This document shows, piece after piece, positions 32,827-43,900 of a stretch of DNA of 64,000 nt (position 1 is the first letter of the stretch; every line of letters begins with the position of its first letter). The notes under the pieces are model-generated. The model was not told where the DNA came from and ran no database searches. It saw only the letters and a program-made list of their open reading frames with translations. The position numbers and the translations under genes were made by a program. The stretch is from a virus. Lineage: Duplodnaviria > Heunggongvirae > Uroviricota > Caudoviricetes. Location of the stretch: IMG/VR virus record IMGVR_UViG_3300046462_000479. One strand, 5' to 3'.

Positions 32827-35800
32827 TAGTTCAGCCCGACACTACGTCCGGCGTTAGGGCCGCGTGTTTGTGTCGCGTTTCGGCGAGAGTTACGGATCAG
32901 TTTCGCGCGCAGCTCTCGGGCCAGCTGGTCGGCGTTCACGCTGCTGCTGTTGATCACGATGTCGCCGTGAACGTGGATGCCGCCGCTGTCATACGACTGA
33001 GGATGACGAACGTTCGGATGCTTGTGTGTCGGCACCGGGTGCGGCAAACCCGTGATCGCCCCGATGTTCGAGTGCGGACCCACCCCGGACGGCAGCGCGA
33101 TCCCGGCAGCAGCACCGCCAGTCGGAACCCGGAAATGGTGGGCCTGCGCCTGAGACAGGTTCGCTTCCAACAGCTTCTTCTGCGCATACGACAGACCAGG
33201 AATACGGTTGACCAGGCTCTCGATCGACACCGGCCGGTAGTTCGTCCCCATCCCCGACTGGCCCTTCAGGGTGTTGTTGATGTTCTGCAGCCACGACGTA
33301 ATCTTGTCCTTCTGCGCCGTCGACAACGTGATGTTTTCCTTGCGGGCGAGCGCCAGCACCTCGTGGATCTTCCGCAGCTCCTTCAACGTCGTCGAGTCGA
33401 ACCGGAACCCGGTACCGGTGATCTGCTTCATCAGCTTCGCCAGCGACTCGTTCGCCAGCTGGGACCTGGTGATGCCGAGCGCGGCAGCGGTCACACCAAT
33501 GTCGTGCTTGCGGCCGCCAAGGAGATGCTCCAAGAAGTCGAGCATGATCTTCCGCTCGCGGCCTGCGATCGTCAGCTGCGCGGCCACCGACTTCCCGCTG
33601 CCGATGCCGAGGATCTTGTCGATCGCCAACGAACCAGGAGACCCGGCGCCACCGTGGATCCGTTTCTGTGTCGCCTCGATCTGCTTCGCCAACGCCAGCT
33701 CTTCCCGCTTCTGCGCGAGCAGCTGCTTCCCGGTATACGTCTGCGCCTTCAGCCAATTAAGCGCCTTCTCCTGCTGCGCCAGCAGCGCCTTGTTCGCAGC
33801 CAGCTGCTGTGCCGCAGTACCCGACCCGCCCGCCAACGCGGCCCGCTGACCGGCATTCGACAACGCCGCCTGCATACCAGCAGGAAGCAGACCCAGCCCG
33901 CCACCGCCGCCGGTCGTGGGGACACTGCCAGCCTTAGGAATGTTCCCGGCACCAGCGTTGTTGTTGAGCGTTTTGTACGTGTTTATCTGATCAATGATCG
34001 ACGCCTTCTGCGACGACGTCAGGCCAGGCATTCTGAGCAGGTTGTTGTAGTAGGCGATCGCTCGTTTGTTGGCCCGCACATCGTCAGCCGTGTTTGGGCT
34101 TCCTTGCGCTCGCGAGACAGCCAACTGAATGCTCCCTGGCAGAGTGAGCATCCCCATCGTGAACCGGTCCACAGCGGGCTGGTCCCCTGTTCCGCGTCCC
34201 GGTCCGCCGGGAGCGCCTCCTCCACCACGCGTCGGATGCGTTGCCGCCCCTGAAAGGGTGGTCGGCGTAACGGCTCCGCTCTGACTGACTGTCACATACC
34301 CGGTGTTCTTGCTCCAGTAGACGCCGTTCCCGACAGACTTAAGACCAAGATCTTTGATCGACTGCTTCGCTGATGCCGACGGTTCCGTGAACGCCATCGC
34401 CGCACCCAAGGCACCGGCACCAATAAGTCCAAGCATCGGACCAAACCTTGTCGCTAGAGCCGTAAGAGCCGGGAACAACGTCCCGGTGATCGTTGCCGCC
34501 AGCCCGGTAGTGGCACCAGCGGCAGTCGTTTCCGCGCCCGCCATCCCGTAGAACAGTCCGGTCGTTGCTGTCGTGGCTCGGCCGACCCCGAGGATGCTTC
34601 CGAGCAGCCCAGCACCAGAGTTGAGGCCCATCATTACCGTCACAGACCGGAGCGCGCTCCGCATCAGGTAGAGCGCAAACACCCAGCCCAACAGCGTCTT
34701 CGCCAACGGAATCCGCAGGATCTGATTGATCATCCACACGAACACTCTCAGGGCGCCAGCAACAACCTGGGAGACGGCCGCCTCGACCTTAATGAACGCC
34801 AGCGCAGTCTGTTCCAGTACAGGCAGCAGGACATTGAGGAGACCGAAAAGCGCCTTGATTTGCGCAAGATGCGCCTCGAACAGGCTGTGGAGTGCGGCCT
34901 GGGTTGTGGTCAGGTTAAGCCATGTTCTGATTTTCCCGATGATGTCGGCCAACATGCCGATGAACTGTGTCCCGAAGCCGACGGCAGGCTTAAACACCGC
35001 GAAGAGGGCGCCGCCGATCTGTTTGAACAGGTTCAGCCACACGTCGAACATGTGGATCAGCGACTCGACGACATGGTGGACCTGCCCCCAGTTCTGTGGA
35101 GAGTTCCACTTCGTGAAGAAATGGTCGAGGCCCTTGATCAGGCCGCCGGTGTGCTGGGCTGCAGCGTCGAGCACTTTCATGAACAACTCGAACGCCTGCG
35201 TCAGCATGTGGATCGACTGCGGCAGCCGCTTCTGGAAGATCTTCTCCAAGTCCGTGAAGATGCCCAGACCACCCTGCGGACCCGCTTGCTGCAGCCAAGA
35301 GAACAACGGCTGCAGGCCCTTCTGGATGATCTTCGTGTTCTCGGCGGCGAACTTCCCGATCGTCGGCAAGAACTTCTCGCCGACCAACATGATCTGCCGG
35401 ATAATGTCCGCACCCGTTTTCGCGGCCGGGGCCGTCAGCTTGTGGAACATGTCTCCGAACGCGACCGACGTCTGCGCCGCAGCCATATACGCTTTCCGTA
35501 CCCGCGGATCGAACTCGGCCATCGCCGCGTTAAGCTGCTTCTGCGCAGTAACAGCCTGCCTGCTGTTCTTCCCGTAGGTCGCGATCGCAACGTCAAGCTT
35601 GTCCATCGCCTGCGCGGTCGTCGTAATGCCATGCAACGCCTGGCCCGTACCAGCAAGATCGGTACCCATCCCCACCGCCGTGGTAGCCAAAGCGCCACCA
35701 GCAAGAAGTCCGCCGCCGAGCAGAGCACCGACACCCGACCCAGCAATGCCGAGCGTGCTAGTCAGCGCCCGCTCCGCACCGAACCCGGCCAGGCCTCCCA

Positions 35801-36740
35801 GCGACCCGAACCGTGCCATGCCAGGGAACAGCCGTCGGCCTCTGCCACCGAAGCCACCGCGTCCGAATCCGAACATCCACGGGACAGGGATACCGCCGCC
35901 GCCACCCCAGCCCATGGCCTGCAAGAAGCCGGGCTGGTTATCTCCGCCGCGGCCGCCGATCAACCCGAGAAGGCCGCCCATGAAGTTGTGCGAAGGATCG
36001 TTCGGGTCGATGCCGCGCGACCTGAGATACCGCACTGCGCCAGCAACATCACCGCCGCCCACCTGGCTCATACGCAGGATCGGGTTCGGAGGCAAAGGAC
36101 CTTTGCCGAACGAGCCTACGTCCCGACGGATCCGTTCCGCATACTGCGCGTCCTGCGCGAAGATCCTGTTCTGTAGCAGCAGGTTGGCCGGGTTATAAGG
36201 AACCATCTCCCGACCGGGAGGCACTCCGCCACCGGCAGGCGCTCCGCCTGCCGTGAAGATCCTGTTCGGACGTGTCACCTGCTGCCATGCCGACCCGTTC
36301 CAGATCAGGTCCTGTGACGTGGGGGGCAGGAACGTGCCCAGCGACGACCGGGCACGCCCGACACCCATCGGCATCCCCGAACCACCGTATTCTCCTCTGG
36401 CCCGCCCAACGAGATCGAGCGCTACTTTCGCCTCGACGGCTGCGTTGCGGATGTCATTGATTTGGTCGACTTCCTGCCTGGACGCAAGCGCGTTCTGCGC
36501 GACAGCCGATTGAGGAACGTACAAGTCGGACATCTTGGAACGGACATCGCTGACCGTGTCCATGGTGGACACGAGGGCGCTGTCGATGATCTTCAGGTTG
36601 CCTTTGACCTGAGCGACAGCCCGCTCGGGAAGCTCCATATCTCTCAGGTCGGTATTCAGCCCAGCCATGGCTCGCCGGGCGTCGTCGATTGCCTTCTCGG
36701 TTGCGGCAAGCTGCGTGTCGGCAGCCTTCATCCCTGCCAT
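32826..36740 (-). CDS. tape measure protein (1304 aa)
   Basis: Size; coiled-coil N-terminus; Gly-rich segments; follows G/GT. Confidence 0.85.
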   Translation of the reverse strand: MAGMKAADTQLAATEKAIDDARRAMAGLNTDLRDMELPERAVAQVKGNLKIIDSALVSTMDTVSDVRSKMSDLYVPQSAVAQNALASRQEVDQINDIRNAAVEAKVALDLVGRARGEYGGSGMPMGVGRARSSLGTFLPPTSQDLIWNGSAWQQVTRPNRIFTAGGAPAGGGVPPGREMVPYNPANLLLQNRIFAQDAQYAERIRRDVGSFGKGPLPPNPILRMSQVGGGDVAGAVRYLRSRGIDPNDPSHNFMGGLLGLIGGRGGDNQPGFLQAMGWGGGGGIPVPWMFGFGRGGFGGRGRRLFPGMARFGSLGGLAGFGAERALTSTLGIAGSGVGALLGGGLLAGGALATTAVGMGTDLAGTGQALHGITTTAQAMDKLDVAIATYGKNSRQAVTAQKQLNAAMAEFDPRVRKAYMAAAQTSVAFGDMFHKLTAPAAKTGADIIRQIMLVGEKFLPTIGKFAAENTKIIQKGLQPLFSWLQQAGPQGGLGIFTDLEKIFQKRLPQSIHMLTQAFELFMKVLDAAAQHTGGLIKGLDHFFTKWNSPQNWGQVHHVVESLIHMFDVWLNLFKQIGGALFAVFKPAVGFGTQFIGMLADIIGKIRTWLNLTTTQAALHSLFEAHLAQIKALFGLLNVLLPVLEQTALAFIKVEAAVSQVVAGALRVFVWMINQILRIPLAKTLLGWVFALYLMRSALRSVTVMMGLNSGAGLLGSILGVGRATTATTGLFYGMAGAETTAAGATTGLAATITGTLFPALTALATRFGPMLGLIGAGALGAAMAFTEPSASAKQSIKDLGLKSVGNGVYWSKNTGYVTVSQSGAVTPTTLSGAATHPTRGGGGAPGGPGRGTGDQPAVDRFTMGMLTLPGSIQLAVSRAQGSPNTADDVRANKRAIAYYNNLLRMPGLTSSQKASIIDQINTYKTLNNNAGAGNIPKAGSVPTTGGGGGLGLLPAGMQAALSNAGQRAALAGGSGTAAQQLAANKALLAQQEKALNWLKAQTYTGKQLLAQKREELALAKQIEATQKRIHGGAGSPGSLAIDKILGIGSGKSVAAQLTIAGRERKIMLDFLEHLLGGRKHDIGVTAAALGITRSQLANESLAKLMKQITGTGFRFDSTTLKELRKIHEVLALARKENITLSTAQKDKITSWLQNINNTLKGQSGMGTNYRPVSIESLVNRIPGLSYAQKKLLEANLSQAQAHHFRVPTGGAAAGIALPSGVGPHSNIGAITGLPHPVPTHKHPNVRHPQSYDSGGIHVHGDIVINSSSVNADQLARELRAKLIRNSRRNATQTRGPNAGRSVGLN

Positions 36741-36781
36741 GAACCCGGCAACCTGTGCTTCCAGCTTCGCGGTGAGGACTG

Positions 36782-37401
36782 CTACCTCGATTTGAGCTTC
36801 GCCTCCCGTTCAGCCTGTTCGTACGCCCATTTCTCGTCGGCGGGACGCAACTCGTTCAGCTCGACCATCCACTCGGCCAGCTCCGACGATCCGATCCGTT
36901 GCAGCATCTCGGCCACTGTGCACCCAATCTTTTCCGCGATCAGGAAGTAGAGGCGCCGTTCTGGGTGCTGTCGAAGTTTCCCTCGGCCGCTCCGGCGTAG
37001 GCTCCGAGGGCGGACAGCTTCTCGATCTCATCGACGACGTCGGCGATCTTCGAGCCGCCGATCTTCATGACGCGGTCCATGTCGCCGGGCCGGAACATCG
37101 GCTTCCGGTCACCAGGAGGAGTGGAAGGGTCGACGACACCGGCCTGGATCAGCTGCCGCTGATACATCTTCGCGTCGATCTTCTTCTGGTCTGCGAGCAG
37201 GCCGACCGACTGCCAGCCGACGATCTCGGCTCGCGCTTCGCCGGTGATCTCGGACAGGACGAGCAGGCCGAGGCCGTCGATCTCGACCTCTTTCTCTTTG
37301 AGGACGCCGACGTTGTTCAGCCAGTCTTCGCGGGACGCGAACTTCTTCGTGGCCGGGGCCGTAACCTCGATCGTCGTCTCAGTTGGATTAGCGGGGCTCA
37401 T
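36782..37401 (-). CDS. tail assembly chaperone GT (-1 programmed frameshift product; slippery GGGAAAC at ~36976-36982)
   Basis: The -1 frame after G encodes ...HPERRLYFLIAEKIGCTVAEMLQRIGSSELAEWMVEL. Confidence 0.6.
36940..37401 (-). CDS. tail assembly chaperone G
   Basis: 153 aa, directly upstream of the tape measure gene. Confidence 0.7.
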   Translation of the reverse strand: MSPANPTETTIEVTAPATKKFASREDWLNNVGVLKEKEVEIDGLGLLVLSEITGEARAEIVGWQSVGLLADQKKIDAKMYQRQLIQAGVVDPSTPPGDRKPMFRPGDMDRVMKIGGSKIADVVDEIEKLSALGAYAGAAEGNFDSTQNGASTS

Positions 37402-37912
37402 AGCTCACTCCTTCATCGTTGAAATTAACTTGGATTTGTGCGGATCCGCAGCGCGCGTCCCCGACTCCTACAAACACTCCTGGCCCGAACTCCAGCCAGG
37501 CCAGCACCTGCTCTGTCGGCTCTACTGTGACGTCGACGACGGCCGACATGCCGATGATCTTCGTGGCTGTCTGTGTTGCTTCACCTCCTCCTAGCGTCGG
37601 TCTGTCCTGGGTGACGGCGTCTATGTCGAGCCTCCACCCTCCCTCGCCGATCAGGCTGACCGGATAGCACGTCCCGCTGGCCCTAACACTGGTGAGGCAG
37701 CGGTTGAACCCGACCCGGCCGGAGCGGTGTATCTCAACCGCCCTGACCGGGTCCTCGACGTCGAAGCTGAGAGTTTCCGGCAGCCAACACTGGAGCCCTT
37801 CCGGTGCCCGCCAATCCCAACCTGTCCCGCAATCCTGTAGCCATACGTCCTCGAACTGGTACGGCTCTCCGACGGCGTACACCTTGCCGCCCTTGCCTGT
37901 GAAGTAGCGCAT
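37388..37912 (-). CDS. second major-tail-like protein (174 aa; paralogous N-terminus MRYFTGKGGKVYAVGEP)
   Basis: Internal ATG of track ORF 37388..38242; the N-terminal motif is shared with the adjacent major tail gene. Confidence 0.55.
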   Translation of the reverse strand: MRYFTGKGGKVYAVGEPYQFEDVWLQDCGTGWDWRAPEGLQCWLPETLSFDVEDPVRAVEIHRSGRVGFNRCLTSVRASGTCYPVSLIGEGGWRLDIDAVTQDRPTLGGGEATQTATKIIGMSAVVDVTVEPTEQVLAWLEFGPGVFVGVGDARCGSAQIQVNFNDEGVSYEPR

Positions 37913-37914
37913 GT

Positions 37915-38325
37915 TTACGGCTGGTGCTGCAGAGATCCCGTCCCGACGAAGGTGAAGTCGATCGTGATCAGACCGTCGACCGGGTCGCTGATCGCGAACT
38001 GGGTGATGTTCGCGGTGCCTTCGTAGAAGCCGCCCAGCTGCGCTGACACCTGCAGCTGCAACACAACCGAGCTGGACGTGAGCAGGGCGGTGGAGAGCAG
38101 GAACTGGCCTGTGGTGTCGTTGATCAGGTTCCAGTATCCGTTGATGGCGCCGTTCCAGCCGCGCAGGCCAGGAACGAAGTGGCGCCACGAGTCGCCGAGC
38201 ACGGAGGCGTCGTAGTTGCCTGCGTCCACGGTCAGCGTCCACTGGTGGACGTCGGTGATCGGGGTCAGCGGCGTGCCTGGAATGTAGACGGTGCCGCCTT
38301 TACCCGCGAGAGCAGTCTCAGCCAT
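37915..38325 (-). CDS. major tail protein (136 aa)
   Basis: MAETALAGKGGTVYIPGTP; position upstream of G. Confidence 0.6.
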   Translation of the reverse strand: MAETALAGKGGTVYIPGTPLTPITDVHQWTLTVDAGNYDASVLGDSWRHFVPGLRGWNGAINGYWNLINDTTGQFLLSTALLTSSSVVLQLQVSAQLGGFYEGTANITQFAISDPVDGLITIDFTFVGTGSLQHQP

Positions 38326-38404
38326 ACCTTTCCTCCCTCAAAGAGTTGCCCTGTCTATCGCCCAAACTTGACCGAAATAGCGGCAGCAGCGTAGTCTTTA
38401 ACCC

Positions 38405-38587
38405 ATGGCACACAAACACATAGAGGACCAACGGTCCTACCATAAGGCCTACTACTGGGCGCACAGAGACAAGCGGCTAGCAGAAGCGGCCGCCTACTAC
38501 TGCGAACACAAGAACGACCCTGCCTTCAAAGATCGAAGAAGGCTGTACGCGCAGCGCTACCGGCTACGGAAGAAGTTCGGCCGCTAA
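38405..38587 (+). CDS. dubious basic 60-aa ORF, antisense to the leader of the major tail gene
   Basis: Weak RBS; lies inside the 266-nt leader. Confidence 0.2.
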   Translation: MAHKHIEDQRSYHKAYYWAHRDKRLAEAAAYYCEHKNDPAFKDRRRLYAQRYRLRKKFGR

Positions 38588-38590
38588 CCA

Positions 38591-38606
38591 GTGTGACATG
38601 TCACAC
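38591..38606. repeat. 16-bp palindrome 266 nt upstream of the major tail protein start
   Basis: Perfect match. Confidence 0.9.
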
Positions 38607-38791
38607 TACTGACCTCTGACCCAGGGGGAGGATGGACCGTAGCCGACGAGCAGGGTGGCAAGCACCCAGGCGGACAGCCCGAACGCGATCAGGTCAAGTT
38701 CTGGTTGGCCGAACACGGTCTGGTTGAACCCTGCGAGCAGGAACAGAAAGAACGCGAGAGCACGCAAAACTAGGCTGACCATAACTTCTCC

Positions 38792-39235
38792 CTACCGTTG
38801 GTCGTTTTCCCACATGATGAAGTAGTTCTGGGACCATTCGTGCCGTTGCTTGTCGTCTCTGCCCAGGTAGATGGGCGACTGTTGGGCGCGGATCAGATGG
38901 AAGATCGCTCCACCGGGGTTGAGGGTGGTCTCCACGACGCCTTGCAGCGCCTTGAAGATCCCCTCAACCATGGTGTTTCCAGCCAGGTAGCCCTGCATCC
39001 CGGAGCGGGCGCGCACTTGGATGACAGGCTGGTCGAGCTTTGATTCTGGTCCCCCTCCTCCGGTCAGCACCATGATCGGCGGTAGCCCTCCCCGTTCAAT
39101 GATGGCTGCCGCGAAGTCGGGGGAGTCTGGAAGCAGAGACGAGAACAGGTTGATCGTCCCTGCCTGGTTGAAGTTCAGGCTCAGCCCTTGCCCTTGCAGG
39201 TAGGTGCAGATTTCGTCGCCGAGCGACAGACTCAT
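38792..39235 (-). CDS. tail terminator-like neck protein (147 aa)
   Basis: Internal ATG; 4-nt overlap with the upstream gene. Confidence 0.5.
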   Translation of the reverse strand: MSLSLGDEICTYLQGQGLSLNFNQAGTINLFSSLLPDSPDFAAAIIERGGLPPIMVLTGGGGPESKLDQPVIQVRARSGMQGYLAGNTMVEGIFKALQGVVETTLNPGGAIFHLIRAQQSPIYLGRDDKQRHEWSQNYFIMWENDQR

Positions 39236-39804
39236 TCGGGGCTGGCCGTGTCGAAGATGAGCGGCACACCAGAAACGATGTCCATGAACGGGATGAAGCC
39301 CTTGCCGCTGCCGAGCAGCATCGCTTTGATCTTGTTGGCCATCACCGGCTGCAGCCGCCACGCGTGTTCCAGCACCGGGTCTTCGAGGAACTTCGCTTTG
39401 GTGGGCGGCTCGTGTTCGTGTTCCATGATTTCGTGGACTGGGACGACGTAGCCGGAGGCGGGCAGTTTCCGTACCGGGTTGATCTCGTCGCCGAACCCGT
39501 AGCCCATGACGATCTCGACTTCGCCTTCGACTGTTTCTGACATGACGAACCGGGCAGACCGTTTGGCTGTGCCGGTGTCGACGGGTATCTCCATCAGGGA
39601 CTGGTCCATGATGTCTTGGGCTACGGCTGCGAGCCCGTCGATCATGCCGATCTCCATGCGCATCCCGGCGTTCTCGAACGGACCGAACTTCTGTTCTGTT
39701 CGGCCGAAGCGGACGCCGCCGGACGGCCTCCGCACCATCGGCTGCCCTGCGTTTACGTAGCGGACAACAGGGTCAGCCATCAGGTGGCCACCACGATCAG
39801 CCAC
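39232..39804 (-). CDS. HK97 gp10-like head-tail joining protein
   Basis: PVDTGTAKRSARF motif. Confidence 0.55.
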   Translation of the reverse strand: MADRGGHLMADPVVRYVNAGQPMVRRPSGGVRFGRTEQKFGPFENAGMRMEIGMIDGLAAVAQDIMDQSLMEIPVDTGTAKRSARFVMSETVEGEVEIVMGYGFGDEINPVRKLPASGYVVPVHEIMEHEHEPPTKAKFLEDPVLEHAWRLQPVMANKIKAMLLGSGKGFIPFMDIVSGVPLIFDTASPE

Positions 39805-40163
39805 GGGTTGGCGTTATCGAACGGCGGTCCGATCAGCGTGTTGATGCTGGTCGGTTGTTCCGAGAACCCTTCGTCGCCGACGGCGTTGATCATCGTCAGC
39901 CGGTCCCACAAAGTGAACTGTTCGGCTTTGCAGTCGTCGCCGGAGAAGAACAGGTCGAAGTCAGGGTCGCCGGTTGTTTCGTCGGCCTTACGGATCGCCT
40001 CGACGCCGCCCTGCATCATGCCGTGCGCTTCCCGGTAGCAGCGGAGTATCTGGGCGGGAGCGTAGATCGGTTCGCCGTGGCCGTCGAACCCCTGCCATGA
40101 CTCCCACTTGACGCGGGCGGTCATCATCGCGGAAATCTCAGGAGGGCAGGAAGGGATCGGCAT
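39780..40163 (-). CDS. head closure-like protein (127 aa)
   Basis: Position and size. Confidence 0.45.
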   Translation of the reverse strand: MPIPSCPPEISAMMTARVKWESWQGFDGHGEPIYAPAQILRCYREAHGMMQGGVEAIRKADETTGDPDFDLFFSGDDCKAEQFTLWDRLTMINAVGDEGFSEQPTSINTLIGPPFDNANPWLIVVAT

Positions 40164-40648
40164 CAGAACACCTCTTCGTCAAGGACGAGGCTTTCCCCCT
40201 CGACGGTGTCGGGAAGCGTGTCGGTGGTGTAGCCGCCCACCCACGGGTTCTCCATCATGTTCTTCGTGAACATCGGCGCGATCAGGCCGGAGTCCTGGCC
40301 GATCGTCATCTTGTCGGCCGCGGTCATGCCGCCGATGTAGGGGACGACAGTGCCCATCGCCTTGCTGCGCAGCATCCTGGCCATGGTGAACCAGCCTTGC
40401 GCCATCTTGGTGTACTGCACCTGCATCGACCTGCCCAGCCGGACGTCGGCTTTGCGCAGGACGCGGCGGCCGATCATTTCGGCGCAGCGGGCGCATCCAG
40501 CCCAGAAGTTCCGTTCCTGGGTGAGCGCGTAGGCGATCTCTTCGTCTTGGAGCTGCTGGTCTCTAGGGTCGGTGTCTTGCAGTTCGGCCCGGACCTGGTA
40601 GACCTCGTTGGTGGCCAGCTCGCTGGGGTTGTAGCTCCACGGCATCAT
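40163..40648 (-). CDS. head-tail connector (gp6-like) protein
   Basis: N-terminal SELATNEVYQVRAELQDTDPRDQQLQDEEIAYALTQ. Confidence 0.5.
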   Translation of the reverse strand: MMPWSYNPSELATNEVYQVRAELQDTDPRDQQLQDEEIAYALTQERNFWAGCARCAEMIGRRVLRKADVRLGRSMQVQYTKMAQGWFTMARMLRSKAMGTVVPYIGGMTAADKMTIGQDSGLIAPMFTKNMMENPWVGGYTTDTLPDTVEGESLVLDEEVF

Positions 40649-40956
40649 GTCACCTCTAGGACACCGGATAGCAGCACCGGGATTTCCGGGCTGTCTGTGA
40701 CTTTCACGTACACATCATAGAATCCGGCTGGGAGGACGACGGCTCCGCCGGGGCCGACCAGGCAGCGGGCGTAGTAGATGCCGTTCAGGGTGCTCCACGA
40801 TCCCGCGTAGAACGCGGTCGGTTCGGCTGCGGGGTCGGGGAACGCGAACGTGACTGTGTCTCCGGTCGGGTCGCCTCCGGTTGCTTCCGAGATGGGAACC
40901 CTCACGTATTGCAGCGAGGCGCTGTTGATCTGTAGGTCGGCGAGGCTGGCTGTCAT
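40645..40956 (-). CDS. hypothetical Ig-like protein (103 aa)
   Basis: Internal ATG; 4-nt overlap with the upstream gene. Confidence 0.5.
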   Translation of the reverse strand: MTASLADLQINSASLQYVRVPISEATGGDPTGDTVTFAFPDPAAEPTAFYAGSWSTLNGIYYARCLVGPGGAVVLPAGFYDVYVKVTDSPEIPVLLSGVLEVT

Positions 40957-43900
40957 AGCGGCTTTCCTGCGCTCCAATCTTGGTCTGTGTCGTCTGTCTG
41001 AATATCGACGCTCATTCTTCCGGTAGCCCATCCTGATTCTGGCGGGCAGACGGTGTAGTCGGCACCGACGCAGGTCAGTCTTCCGGTCGCCCAGCCGGAC
41101 TCCGGCAGGCCCGCCTTGAAGTACAGGTTCTGGGCTCTGACCGCGGTCGGCGGAACGATCCGGTACTTGGGCTGGCGTCGGTTGCGTCTGAGCGCGTCCT
41201 TGACCGCGACCAGCACGACGGTGAGGACAAGGATCGCGATCCTGCGTGCCGCCAACGTGGTCGGCGGGAAGATGCGGGTGTGCGGCCCGCGCCGTACCGC
41301 TTCCCGTTGGATGCGGCCGTTAAGGACAACCCTGATCGTCGACTGGCTGCGGTCGGGAAGTCGGTATGCGCCCTGGACGATCTTGCGGACGACAGTCGGC
41401 CGCGGCCTGATGCGGACCAGCCTGACCAGCGGACCGAAGAACACCTGCAGGACGGTCGGCTCTCCGAGAACCTTACTGGTCGGCCTAGGCCGTATACGGG
41501 CCAGCGTGACCCGGATCGTCTGCTCGGCCTGCTCGACGGACGGCACCCTGACCTTGGTCGGAATCCGGAGGAATCGGCTGGTCGGACGCGGCCTGGTGGC
41601 GACGGTATGGACGGACGGTCCAGCGAAGACCCGCAATGTCTGCGGCTCGCCGAGCGTCTTGCTGGTCGGCTTGGGCCTGGCGTGGGTGAGCGTGACCGCG
41701 ACAACGGTCTCGACCGGAGGAGTGGAGACGACGGTCGGCTCTCCGAGAACGTGGATGGTGGGTCTCGGCCTGGTGCGGACGAGACTGATGGCAAGCGTGC
41801 GCAGCTTCTGTTCGACCGACGGGACACGAACAACCTGCGGCTCTCCGAGTGTCTTGACGGTCGGACGCGGCCGAGTGTGGGTGAGCCACACAAACGGCCC
41901 GTAGAACGCCGCCTTAGCGACAACAGCCGGTTCAGCCAGGAACGAGCGCGGAGCCCGTCTCTGAGCTTCCAGGCGCGTCCTGAACGCCCTGGTGACGCTG
42001 ATGCTGCTCGTCTGCGGGTAGAAGATGAGCGGACCGAGCGTGCGCCTCGTCGGCCTCGGCCTGATCCTGGCCAGAGCGACCTGGATCGTCTGCATCCGCT
42101 GGGTCGGCAGCGGGATGACAACCGTCGGCGGCCGCAGGACAGAATGGGCTGGCCTGGTGACCCGCCTGACGGTGGCAACCTTGACCGGCGCCTGTGGCGG
42201 TGCGGCAACAATCGTGGGCGGCTGCAGCCTGCGGACGGTCGGCCTGGGCCTAGTCCGAACCAGGTCGACTCTGATCGTCTGTTCCTGCTGCTCGACAGAC
42301 GGAACACGGACAACCTGTGGCGGGCGCAGGAATGAATGGGCGGGCCGCCGCTTGTCTTCCAGCGGTATCCGTACCGCGACCTCGGTTTCTACCGGGCCGA
42401 AGAACTCCTGCAGTGTCGTCGGAGGCGGCAGGAACGCACGAGTCTTGCGTGGCCTTGTGTGAACGAGCGTGACAACGATCTCGCTGGTCTGCGAGTAGAA
42501 GACGGCAGCGAGACGGCGAACAGTCGGCCGCGGCCGGATCCGTGTCAGCGCGACAAGGATCCTGCTCGTCTGCGAGTAGACGGTGTAGCCGAGCTTGGTC
42601 CCGACTGTCGGCCTCGGCCTGATACGGGCCAGGTGGACGGCAGGGCCGTAGTAGATTTGGCCGACGGGGATGACGACTGCCGGTGGCGACAGTTTGGAAT
42701 GCGGCAGGCGACGGCGGTCCTCGACCGGGATACGTACAGCAACCTCTGCTTCGACCGGACCAGCAAAAACCTGTAGGGCCTGTGGCTGCCCGAGCGTTTT
42801 CGTGGTAGGCCGCGGCCGAGCCCGGACCAGATCGACCCTGATCGTCTGCTCCGCCTGCTCAACCGACGGGACACGAACAACCTGCGGCGGAGCGAGGAAG
42901 TAGCGGGTCTCACGCGGCCTGGTACGGACAGCCGCGACCACGACCTCGCTGGTTTGCGGGTAGACGGTGTAGCCGAGCCGGGTGCCGAGCGTATGCCGTG
43001 GCCGCGTGTGGACAAGATCGACGCGGATGGTGTCTTCGGCCAGCTCGATCGAGTACGGGGTGAGCGTCGCCGGAGGAGCAAGCAGCCAGACGGTGTGGCG
43101 CGGCCGGATACGGGCCAGCTCGGAGACGATCTCCAGCCGCCGGTCGGGAGCCCGCAGGTACGGCTCGACAACGGTGGTCTGGAAGAAACGCCGGGTGGGC
43201 CTCGGCCTGGTATGGACGAGCGGTGCGAGCGGCCCGTTGTAGACAGCACGGTTAATGACCTGCGGCTGGCCGAGATCCTTTGTGGTCGGCCGTGGCCGCG
43301 TGCGGACGAGCGTGACGCTGATCGTCTGCTCTCGGTGCTCAACACTGGGGACACGAACGGCCTGTGGTTCACCGAGAACATGGACGGTTGGCCGCGGCCG
43401 CGTGTGGGCCAGCCATGTTCTCGGACCCTGGAAGATCTGAAGTACGGTCGGCGGGCTAAGGAACGTTCTGGTCTTGCGCGGCCTAGCATGGGCCAGCCCG
43501 ACCAAGATCTCGCTGGTCTGCGCGTAGAAGAACGGCGGCCCGAGGTTCGACATCGGCGGCCGACGGTGCCTCCGGTTGAACCGGTCGATGGAGAGCAGGT
43601 TGACGGACGGCCCTTGGAACGTCTGCAGGACGGTCGGAGGACTGAGGAGCGAAGATGGGAAGTGGCGTCGCCCGAATCCGCGGAGCCGGTTGTCCTGGAG
43701 GTTGACGCTGATCAGCGGAGCAACGAACCCGGTTGCGGCGGGAACAAACCCGAACAGCGTGGCCGTCGTCCGGCGCGGCCGGGTGCGCGTCAGCTTCGTC
43801 TTGACGACGAGCTGGCCGGGCGTCGTGACGACCGCGAGCGGCCGGAGGTACAGGGCCGTCGTGAACGTCTTGGTGGTCGGCCTCGGCCGCGTCTTTACAA

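Noticed and set aside
32868-36176. Long + strand ORFs (461 aa and 438 aa) inside the tape measure region
   Set aside because: Antisense to the 1304-aa tape measure ORF; Arg-rich artefactual composition.
38405-38587. + strand 60-aa basic ORF inside the minus-strand virion block
   Set aside because: It has a weak RBS and lies within the 266-nt leader between the palindrome and the major tail gene. It is probably a non-coding leader, and is kept only as a low-confidence feature.
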